Virus record (IMG/VR): IMGVR_UViG_3300043446_005775
Coordinates: 13,256 to 77,255 of that record
Reading direction: 5' to 3' (one strand)
Source: a virus
DNA: 64,000 nucleotides
The position numbers and the translations under genes were made by a program. Within the stretch, counting starts at the first letter, position 1; the number at the start of each line of letters is the position of its first letter. The notes beneath the pieces are model-generated. The model saw only the letters and a list, made by a program, of their open reading frames with translations. It did no database searches and was not told where the DNA came from. Of this stretch, positions 1-12,000 are shown piece by piece.

Positions 1-3000
1 ATCATTGACACGAGCAATGATTCACAAGAATCAGTATCTTATGCAACGCACGACAGGACTGTGTACAGGGTTTTTTCGTTTGAAGACAAGGGAAAAAGGA
101 AGGTCGTCATCCGGGAACCCATTATTCCGGGAGCGATAGGAGGCACTCCTGCCGGGGAAGAGGCTAGCGTGGATACAGCTTCTGGAGTCCTTTTCCCAGC
201 AGATATCAATCAGGACTTTTCAACGCTTTGGCAATTTCTTGACTCTCGTGACAACAAGAGAAGCGCAAAGTCAGAATCAATTCTCAGTGCATATGTAAAC
301 CGGGTCACAGAAATCGCCAAGGCAAGGTGGGAAGAACATATTGCCGGAAAAGAAGCAATCGCGGGTCGGCCTCCCATAGTCCAGGCAAGAGAAGGCCTTG
401 TTGGAATAACTCGTGAATCAGGACTCAGTGGAGAGGCACATGCAGATGCCGCTCTGGGCTCCGAAGACAGGAGGGGGCCAGATGACGAGGTCGCAGTTGC
501 CAGGCGAATTGCCACACAAGCAGGCGAAGTCGCCCATCAAGCAAACCTTAGGGAAATTGAAAACAAAGTTCCTTCAACAATGGATGATGATCATTTAGAT
601 GCAATTATTCCAGAATTGGCAGGCAGTTACACGCCGACGGCCCCGGTCATCGAGACTGATTGGCAAGCAGAAGCCGCATCGCTGTCGGCGGACAAAATCC
701 AATCTGCCGCGGATGCAGTGGAGCGCGATCTGCTTAAGTCGCAATCTGCTGTTTCCTCAAGCGAGATGAATGACACTTTTGAAGATGTGAATATTCCGGG
801 ATTGAAAAAACGCAGTGAATTTCCGTCACTTGCTGCGTATTTCCAGGCGGTGAACAAGCGGTACCGGCAAAGCAAAGACTCCGTAGAATTGTTCAATTTG
901 AATATTCGTGTTTACAAGGCATTTATTGCCCAGAAAAATAGTCGAAGAATTGAAGCGTTCAGAAGATCAAAATTAAGCTTGCATCCGCTTGTGGAAGACA
1001 GTGCAAGAAGCGGAACGGCACGATTGCCTAATGTTTCAGCCACGCTGATGCAAATGGCTTCTTCCTCTTCAAAGGCAGACAATCTCGAAAGCATTGCCAT
1101 GGCCATTCCAGCAGTGGCAACCGCGGGAATAATTGACGTTCTTCGCACACAGCAAGGCTCTTCCGACTTTCAAAAAGAGGCTGGCGCGGCAATTGCAAAA
1201 ACCCTGACCGATTCTCTCGAATCCGCATTGAATCAGCGCCTGAGAGATGAGCATCTGATTGACAGGGCAGGGTTTGATACGGCGTTTCCTCAAATCGGCC
1301 TCAACAATTCCTCATCGGTGTTGTCAGGGTTCTTGAATGATACGCTGAAAGCCGCGATACCGCAGGATTCACTGGGTTTCAATGAGGAGTTCCGCACAAG
1401 GTTCTCAGATGAATATGAGAACAGGCTGAGAATCTCGCAGGCAGCTCTCTTGTCTGGCAATAAAGAAGCGATACAGGAAGCAAAAGATTCCATCTCTGAA
1501 TTTGGGAAAAAAGAATTCGTCATGACCAAGGACGAAGAAAAGACTCTTAAAGCCATGCGAAAAAAGGGAAATTCCTTTATCTCCGATTGCATAGCATGGA
1601 TGGAAAAAATTGGAAGAAGTGGCAAGCAATTCAAGCTACCGGGAAAAGACCCCGCAATTGTTTTATCGGAAGCGGCAGAGAAAGGCGACTTCGTAACAGT
1701 GTTGCGAGTCTTGGCGATGAATCTTGCCCCAAAGGAATATGTCACTCTCAACCGCGATGACAACGCAAGAATGCCTATTGAGAAGCCATCAGAACAAGAT
1801 CTGGCTGCAGCGAGGGAAAGAATTTTCCGCCTCGTTCATGATCTTTTGTCAAGTGATCAGTATGCAGACGATGTCAGAAAAGAAGTGCTTGCCACAGAGA
1901 ATTATAATCTTTATCTACACACAGCAACTGGTCTTTCAGAGCTTGTTGGAATCGGTTTCTCAATGGCTGACAGGAAGACAAAGGAATGGCACTTTAGTCC
2001 TATCAGGTACATGGCAAACGCCGACATTATGAAGTTTGCAAATGAAAGAGCAAAAGTTGCCATTGAAAATGGCCTGCGGGGTGACTACCTCTCCAATTAC
2101 GTACGCAATGCTCTTGCCAAGGAGTTCGATGGCGATCCACGCATCAGGGTGCCGGTGCTCCCCTCGCGTCGCCTAAACTCGGAGGGTAAGATCCACGTGG
2201 CTCTCTCTGTAGGAAATGAGGCGAAATCGATCAATATCGAATCCTATGCTATGCAGGCAATACGGACAGTGCAGAAAGGGATTCAGGATCAATTAGAGAG
2301 GCACCTCAAGTCAGGAAAGTCACGTGAGACATTCAAGGGGGATTATTCCAATCTTGGCTTGGATGAACCAAGAGCTCCGACAGGGTTGTTGCCAAAGCGA
2401 TTGCCAGATGATGCCCCTGAGAAATTGAGGGATGACTGGCAGCATGCGGCTGGGTTGTACAAGAAAAGCCAACGCGCGGAATATTACAAATCGCTTGACG
2501 CCAAAAGGCGAGCCGCGCTTGACATGTGCATTGGCAAAAACCCGGTGATTGATTCAGGTGATTTTGACTGGGGAAATGATGATCACAAGGCTTTGCTTGG
2601 AGATTGGCTATTTTCAAGATATCCGCAAGAGTCCTTGGGGAAACTCACGACGAGAAAAACGCAACAAGTCCCCGTTGCCGCGTACATGCAGCAATTTCTC
2701 CAGAATCCTGCTGATGGAGAATTGATCAGAAAGCTGGAGGCAGCCCTTGGAAACAAGCCTGTTGTCGTTGACAGGAAAACATTTGATCCCGCATTGAAGG
2801 CGAAGGCAACTCCTGAGATGCTGCTGGCAACCAATCCTCTTTGGTCCGCGTTTCTTTCGGCCAATGACCCGGAAAAATTGATCAATCATCCGTTTCAGCT
2901 TTCATTTTTCCATTCCATTTTTCAATCGGGATTGAAAAAAATAGACGGACAATCATTGAAACCTGTTGAGGGAAGAACCAAATCAGCATTTGATGAGGAA

Positions 3001-6000
3001 GTAAATCGCATTGCAGGCTGGATAGAAGGCCAGCTGGGAAGAAGAGCAATTGAAGCGGGAGCTGCAGACAAGAAAATCAAAGCATCTGAAACTGTGTCCT
3101 TTTGGTCACAAAATGCTGTCTTGGCAGAACACACCGCGGCTTTCCTTTCTGCTGGAAACGAAGAATTAATCAAAGAGATAGAGAGGCAATTGCTTCAAAA
3201 CCCTGGCGACCAGAAATTGCAGGACGATTTGAATGAACTGCAAATAATCCAGGAAGATTCCGAGAAGGATCCAAGCAGAAAATCGATTAGATTCACACGT
3301 CGGCAGAGGGATGCCAACAACAACGACCTGGGAGCAGTTGCTCCAGATATGTTAGCCGATTATGTCCAGGCAAAATCCCGAATCATGCGCGACTACTCGC
3401 CTGTGAATGATTTGTCAACCCATCAGCCAATTCCCGTGGGAATTCTTGCGGGTATCGTCAAGGACTCTTTGCTGAGGTCACGCAATCCATCCGATTTCAT
3501 TCTTGACTTGTCTCCGGCAATACCAAGAGATTCACAGGCAACTTCACTGGCAGCCATCGATTCCGTTGCCGCAGATGTGCAAAAAGAAATAGATCAGAGA
3601 AAATCACAACAGGAGCTTGAGCAATCAGCAATGGGGCCAGCGAGCCTTGTTCCAGTAACCGAATCGTCAGTGCGGGAAATCATGAGTGAATCAAAGAAAA
3701 AGGGAATCATTCCAATAGGAAGATCAAGTCATGCATATCCGGCAACGCTCAGGGGGAATCATGGAAAATCCAAGGAATTCCCTGTGATCTATACGTATGG
3801 ATTCAGCGAATTGGTGGAATCTCCCAGCATTGTGCATTTGATTAGCGATCCCATTGCTGCTTCCGCAGGAGCTCAGTACGGAGCAATTAGTTCATTGGGG
3901 GATGTGCAAAATGCAATAAGGACTGTCAGCGACTCACTCGGATCAATCGATGGCATGGATAGCGAAGCGCCGCTTCTTACCAGAAAACAGCACATTGACA
4001 TGCATGTCACTACGTGGATGCAAAAATTGCAGACTTCTGAAAATTTCGGAGAGATTGACAACATAATCAGGGAACTGAACAAAGTTGACCAAAACCAACA
4101 ACTTGACCTTTCTGACATGTATAGTTCTGATTGGACAAAGAAATTTTCAAAACTGCTAGAGAGATATTGCCAATCCAACGCCATAGCAATGATCACACCG
4201 GCTGATTCCGCTTACCCGCCATACCTGCTCAAGAGCCCCGGACGAAGACAATCCGGTGATGACGATCCTACTCCCTACACGCCCTCCGTGTTGTTTGTGA
4301 AAGGAAATCCACGCGCATTCCAACAAGTGCGCGATAATTCCGAGAGGGTTGTAACATGCATTGGCGTTGGAGAAGGAAAGACACACGGCGAGGATGTAGA
4401 GCACGGAAATGCCGTTTCTCAAAAAGCATGCGAAGTTGTCACGCGCCTTTCTTCGGCGTTCAAAGACAAGTCGTGGACTATTGTTACTTCATTGACTGGA
4501 GGCACAAACGATGCCATTCTTCAAACTGCGTTGCGATGGCAAATGCCAACAATTATCGTCGCTCCCTTTGGATTCAACACTTCTGCCGAATTGGGCTCAT
4601 TTGGCCCAAGATTCAAGGATGCAAAGAGCAGGCTAAATGATGCATTGGACAAAAACGCCGTTGTCATGACGGAATGCTTGCCTGGAATGGGAATGCAGAG
4701 ACCAAAAAATGGGGCAGGCAGGGATTCTGTTCGCGAACATCAGCGCTTGCTCGCGGAACTGTCTTCTGCGACGATTGTCATTTCGGCGACTGGCACTCGC
4801 AATTGGGTTCAGACAGAAGGACAACGGAAAGGAATAAGTCCTGAGTATCTCGCCGCGATGATTGACGGATCGAGCGTGTCGAAGGTATTGAACGCCAAAG
4901 TTGAGGATTCCATCCCGATCTATGTTGCGCAACAGGCCGCAAGGCAAAAGAGGGCAGTGTTCGTCTTGCGTCCTGACACAATTGTCAACCATGAAGCAGC
5001 CATGGCGGAAGGAAGAATGAGCGGAAATGTGCAGCTTACGTCATCTTCGATCAGGAATGTCTTTTTCCTTGATACCGATGATCCAAAAAAGCAGCTTGAA
5101 AAATACATCAGCAAAGCGCCAATAGACATACCTCCTGTGAGCAAAGCGCAATCCGCCGTGGAAGACATTCTGAATGTGGCGCAAATGAGCAGGCCGCAAG
5201 GCATGACCGACGAGGAATTTCTCGGCACATTGTCAAATGTCTTGGTGGCGAAGAATGCAAGGATGATTGCCACTACGCGTCATTGGCTATCAGGAATCAA
5301 AGCGCAAAGGAATCCTGACGGAAGCCCTGTTTCGGTATTGATTGATTCTCCAGATACCGACGATGCAAGCTTGCGAAATCTGCTTCTTGCAAAGGAAATG
5401 GGAGTTCACACAGTCGTTGTTCCCAGTCAAGCCATCTATTCGAGAACAAGGATGCCGGATGAATACGAAATCACAGAAGAAGGCCCTGTGCTGAAGAAAT
5501 TGAATTCACTCGATGACTGGGCTCCTCTCAAAAACAACGACAGGCTTTCTGGAACAAGCCTCATAGAACTGACATTTCGCGCAGACAACACGTCATCGGA
5601 TCCGTATAGATTGGCTTTTGAGACGCCGGAGCTGGCGTTTGCGGCGACGAGGTTTTCAACAAGGGCTGACAGGGAGGCGCTTGCCGGACTATCCAATGAT
5701 GACAGGCACTACAGGCAGAAATTAGCCAAGATACGAAAGGCAGAGCGAGAAAACAAGCTTTCCGCCATTCGTCCCGAGCAAGCAATCAAGGAAATGTATG
5801 AAATCCTGAGGCAAAAATTCAACTCGGAAACCTACAGGACCATATTGATGCATACTGGAACCGCAGATATTGTGCACGGAAGCGATGGGGAAGATTTCTG
5901 GGGAGTTCCAAATTTCATGTCTTTATCAAAAACATCATTGATCAAGACTGGCATTGGGAACAACATGCTTGGAAAACTCCTGATGCATATCCGTTCTTTC

Positions 6001-9000
6001 ATTAGTGCCTATCCTTCGAGCCGCCTTCCCAAGACTCTTTCTGATGATTCCTGCCAAAGAATGCTGGATGGCGGAAGAAAACGAGACGAAACGATGGCGT
6101 GGCATGAGGCGCTTGGCCTCATGGGGCTTTCAGACAGGGACATCACCCTTGCTCCAACCGTGCAAAGAGCCGTGGAGCCATTGAAGACCAAGGAGTTGCG
6201 CATAGGAATCACCGGCTCACGGGATCTCGATGGCTTGCTTACCGAAGACATGGTCAGGCATGCCCTTGAGCGGTCCATCAAGATCGCTCGCCCCGGCCCG
6301 AAGACCATTTCACCGCAGGCCGGGGCAGATCCCGCAAAGAAGCGCTCTGCGTGGGAAATGGCACATGGCATTGACATAGCGAATCCGGGACAAGCCAGTG
6401 ATGCATTGTACACGGCTCATTCCATCGTTCATGGCGGAGCTGCTGGAGTCGATTCCGTTGCTGCTGCATATTTTCGCGATCATAATTTTACGAATGTCAC
6501 AGCAATTCCCTATGAAGAACTCTCGACAAAGGAGGATAATTTTCACAGGAAAGATCGCACTGCAGGACACAGGAGAAACACCAAGATCGTTGCAGATTGT
6601 GATGTATTGGTTGCAATCTGGGATGGGAAAAGTGCTGGCACATTAGACGCAATCATGAAAGGCATACGAATGCAAAAACGCATGCTGATCTGGACGCCGG
6701 ATGGCAAAGGCGGGTTGGCCCTTCAGAAAATAAATCCGGCCGAAAAAGGAACCATAACATTGTCAACGCCCTTTTCCCCTGTTGTCAAGGAAGGTTCCGC
6801 AATACATGATTATCATCATGCTGGAGCAAATGTTGCCAGCTCGGAAGCACGTGCGTTTGCAGAAAAACTTAGAACCGCATCGCTTGTCTTGGGCCTGCAT
6901 CATTCTTCCCGGTACGCTCAAGGATTGTATAGGGATTCAAGGACGATTGGCGCACAAAAACCGATCATCGTTCTTGGCGGAGGCCAATCGCATCTGTCGG
7001 AAGGTTCTGCGGACGACCAGAAACGTGCAGACAGTGAGCTCCTCGGGTTCTTCCCTGCAGACCAGAAGTTGACGGAAGGACTCATTTACAAGGGTCGCCT
7101 CAATGGGGAATGGAATAATTATCATCATGTTTCTGATCCGGACAGTTATGCCGCTCTTGGATATCAATCAACAAGGAATGCAGACTCATTTGCAGCAAGC
7201 AATACTGCTGCGTCAAGGGCATTGCAGGAAGTGATTAACGCCAGAACACGTTCCGGATATTCAAATCTCACAAGATCCCAGTTGGCAGCAGGCTTGGGCG
7301 CACTCTTGGGGCTTGGTAGCGCAACAGCGTCGCAAGAGGATGTTAAATCGCATAGAATTAGCGATATCGACACGCAGATACTTGAGACAAGGCTTAATCC
7401 GCTTCTTGACGACGCCGAAAAACTGGAGAAGGTCAGAAGCCTTGAGGAAGAAAAGCAGAAAATTATCAATGAAGTGCCATCTCGGACGGTAGCATTGGCA
7501 AAAAGCGAGGATGGTCAGCGCGGATTGCAAGCCATGGGACATGGCGCACATCGATCCATTCCTTATGCGGAAGAGGTCGCGCCATCGAATCATCAGTATG
7601 CCGAAACCGCAGTCGTCTCAAGCGAAGCAATCCCGCACATATATGCATCAATAAGTATTTCCATGGCTCCCAGCAAGAAGAAAACAAACGTTATCGATTC
7701 AACCATTCATGTGATGCTTTATCACAGGGATGGACAAGATGATCCCATACCAGTGCAAAGCATGGTATACCACATTCCTGATTCTCCACTTGTAACCACG
7801 CTTGCGCAACCATCGGACGAGAGCGCCCATACCCGGGGAACAAAATCCGGAAGGTGGCTGGATGGATATGGCAACTACCGGCGGATCATTCGCATGCTTT
7901 CCGGAGATTTGGCAAAGGATTTGCTGGCCAGATATCATGCTGGATCAATTCACCAGGAAGTGAGGGCAATCACGAGAACCCGGGATGTTGCCAACAACAT
8001 TCCGGGAAGAGGTGTCGGCATTCCATTGCAAATTGCGCCGCAATCGGATGCGTTAACGAGTCTGCAAAGGCAAACATCGGCCACACCATCCGTGCATGCG
8101 TTTGATCCGGATTCAGTAGACTTGAAAAGAGTGAGCAATGGAGATCAATTATCAAAAGATGCGGTTGACAGAGGGAGGCCCAGAATAATAAGCCAGGAGC
8201 AGATAAATGCCTATGTCGGGCAATGCAGGGCACGGCGAAGCTGGCCTCCCGTTTCAGAAGCAAGGATTTCTCAACGGCAACGCGAAGACACGAGAGCAAG
8301 CACATTCAATCCCCGGTATCAATTCACCCCCAATGTGAGGAAAGGGGACAAATTATCTCCATTATTTACCTCGTGGACCGTCCTTGGTGGAGAGACGACA
8401 AAATTTGAGGCAAAACGTGTCGCGCAGGACAGTCTTCGTTCAGCGTACGGACAATCTCAAGCAACACTTGCGGAAAGATCAGCCATTCAAAATGCTGATG
8501 GAACATTCAAGGTCAGTGCGAACCCCCAGAAACCGACAACCACTGCACTTGCACTATTTGGTCCGGCAACACGGATGGTCAGGGGTGCCCCCATTGATCG
8601 AGAGACTGGAGGGAACGAGCCTTACAACATCAATATCCTTGCCCTGCTTGGCGGAAGTCCGTTACATGTGTCCCCAGGAACTGGCCATTCGCCAATAGTT
8701 CCCAATGATGCCGTTCATCCCGAATATGCGTATGTCGCCGGAGGGAACCTTTCATCAGCAATCACCGACTTGTTGAAAATTCCCGAGCAGGGGAAGATCA
8801 CCCTTGACGGATACTCGGATGCAGCATTATGTGTCGACCTTCAGCAGTATTTGCAACTTTCCCCAAAAGAGTCCTTGACACGCAAGCAACTGGAGCCTAT
8901 CGTTGAGGATCTTCTCCGTCGACGCATCGGAGGAAGAAAGGCGCTGGATCAATTGGATTACGGACGACCAGTTGATAACCTAGCCTTGGTTGCCGGAGTG

Positions 9001-12000
9001 GGCGCTCCCATGTCAATACCCGCGCAATGGGACCGGTTGCGAGATTCATTGTTCTATCTTGGAAAAAGAACGGCATTTTCTGAAGATGCTCCACGCGCAG
9101 TGATCGATGAGAATCTTCAGCAAGCAATGAGAAAATCAAGATTGAAGGTTGCAACAGGCTTGGAATTGCTTGCCTCGCTGGTTGTTGAAAGGGCCAATGG
9201 GAAAAGTGCATCACCGTTGGGCGCGGGAAAGACGACGACAATGCAAGACTACCTGCGTCGTTTCCTTCCTCCGGGCGCCACAACTTTCGACGATGATGCG
9301 CTCGCACGAAAAAACCTTGATGAGCATATTCAGGAGACCATGAAAATGTTCGTGTTCCTGAGAAGTATCGACTCCGGATCCGATGCTTCTCAGATGCGAA
9401 TATTCCAGCAAGGCAGCGGAAAAACCGCAGTTGAGCCGCTTGTGAAAAACCTCAGGAACGCGCTCTCGATCACATCAACGGACAATAGCAGAAAAATCAT
9501 CTCGCAAATGGGATATCTTGCCTCAGCAATGGATGTCATGAATTCAATGAACGTGGACTTCAATCACGAGGACAAGATTTCACCAGAATCAACCATAGCA
9601 AAGATCTTTTCCCCATCATCGGCAAGCTCATCTGGAAAAACAAAGCTAATCATTGTTCCCGGATCAGTTTGGCAAGCAAAAACTATTCCAGGAGCAAATT
9701 TCTATGATCAAGGCAGGAATGAATTGTCTCCTCCGGAAAGAATGAATCTCCTCGCAAACGTGATTGTTTGCTCAAGGAACGAGGAAATAAACAAGATCTT
9801 CCTTGGCATTACCGCAGGAACTGACAAGCAAACCCAGGCAGGATCCTTGAGCGAAATTCTTGACAAAGGCCAGAAAGGCGTTAGCGTCCCTGAAGGAGAT
9901 GACCATTATGTCTACATAGGATGTCCATTAGGAGAGGATATCGGAGAAAACGTGTTGCATTTCGATGAAACAAAATCTGCGGAGTACAAGGCAAGCGTAG
10001 CGTTGGCCATGGCTCACGCGGCAAACATCAAGGCTGGGCGCAAGGCTGGCGTGGGCATCAACCTTGCAAGCGACGACGACAGGTTCAGGACCCTCCAGCA
10101 AAACAATGTTGATAAATTCAACCGGATTGCCAGCATGGCGCTGAATGCCGCAAATGGTACACTTTCCGCAGATCATGCCATACGAGAGCGCCAGGTCCGC
10201 GCTCTCGTATGGGCCACACTGTATGTTGATGGGGTGCATGACGAAAAACGCAAGCGGCAGACCGCGGAACCTGACAGCCCCGTGCTGGTATACGCTCCTG
10301 AAGAATCCCTGATCGGCCGCTATGTCGGAGAAGACGGGAACGGTATCATCACTCCTGTCGAGCGCACCAACTGGATGGAAAGCCTGTCTGATCTTCGCAA
10401 TATCGTATTGGGGAACATGGGCATCAAGAGGCCAGCGACAGTCATCAGCTTGTCAACCATTGCTCCTCCTGCTCCCGAAGTGGAAGAGACGCCTGCGGGA
10501 ACAATCGCTGCACCGGCCTCCGTTGGTCAGCGAAGCAGAAAGGAGGAACTTATCAGGGAGGTTGATGATCTCAAGGCAGAATTGGGAGATCAGGCTCCGA
10601 AACCAGTAACATTTGGCGGACGTGCCGGAGACATGGGGGTCGGGGTCAATTCCCTGCAAGCGGAATTGACGCGAAGACTTGTCGCCGCGCAAGACGAGCT
10701 TTCCACGCTTGTGATGGACGGCCTTTCCTCAGAAGGAGAAAAAAAAGCCGCCGATGCAAAGAGGGAAGAATTCGAAGAGGCGAGGAAAGCATACGAGCAA
10801 GCCGCCGAGGCAAGGAGGGAGTCTTCGGCCCCCGAGATGGTAATCACTGGTTTCCGGTCTGAATTGTCGAACTGGTCTGTCGAGAATCCGGACATATTCC
10901 CAACATTCACGTATGTGAACGACAAGGGGGAACAAAAGCCTTTTATTGTTCCCCACGGTGCTGCACAATTTGAACTTTTTTTCGGTTCCGGAGCATTTAG
11001 TGTTTCACCGGAAAACATTGAAACCAGAATGCGTGAAGGAATGGAATTTGTGGAGGCTGCAAAAAGACTGATAAGGGAGCATTCTCAATTGCCAAGAGGC
11101 AACAACAGCGACGAAAGCAATGAATTTGCCCGGATGCTCGCCAAGAATTCATTTCGCATTCCAGGAAGCAGCACACAGCAATTCGTTAATTACCAGACCT
11201 ATCTGGAGGCGATTGCGGGTTGGCAATCTGCAGCAAAAGCGGACACAGTGGAAAACCGACGATCATACATGAGGATGATCCGGGATCTTGCCATAATCGA
11301 AGAACAATCCGCGCAACAGAAAATGATCGCTGCATATGGAGATCATTCAGAGCCAGCAATAACGAGAGCCTTGGAAGATCGTCAGAAATACATTGATGCT
11401 GCATCAGCGCTGAATGCCGTCATTGATTCCATGAGCGCCTCGCAAAAACTCATTTGCAGGCAACCGGAAAAAATTCCATTGGCAGACCAATCATCAGCTG
11501 TCCCGGTTGAGCTCATGCAATCAAAGGAGTACGATCATCTCAAGGATGTCGCGAAGGAACTCAAGGACAAGATGGGTGGGACAACATTCCGGTTGAATCC
11601 GTATGAGTTGAATCTGATCCTCACGCAACATGACCCGGCAAATACGATTGGCAACGTCCTGTTGCGAGGTACCCTGTTTTCAAAAGGCGCTCCGTTGATT
11701 CATTATTTGCAGTCTGTATCCCTGGAGAGCGATGTACTCTATTCGCCTCTCGCACAAGCATTCAGGATTTCAAGATACTTCACCGTGAACGATCTGATTA
11801 CCGTATTGACTGACTTACGAAAGGCCCTAACTGCCGAAAAGAAGAAAAGCGATCCCGATTCCGAAAGAATTGACAAGCTGACATCACAAATTCACCGGGC
11901 GACCGGAATGCTCAACGCCGCAGCACATCCATGTGACGACAATGACAAGGAGACACTGTTTGGCGCGTTTGACAGATTCTATGCGGAGGCGTCCAGAGCG

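Noticed and set aside
5-63. TTGACA at 5-10 as a promoter for a GTG start at 61
   Set aside because: There is no -10 box at the correct spacing and the reading frame is open from base 1, so the gene probably starts upstream of the window.
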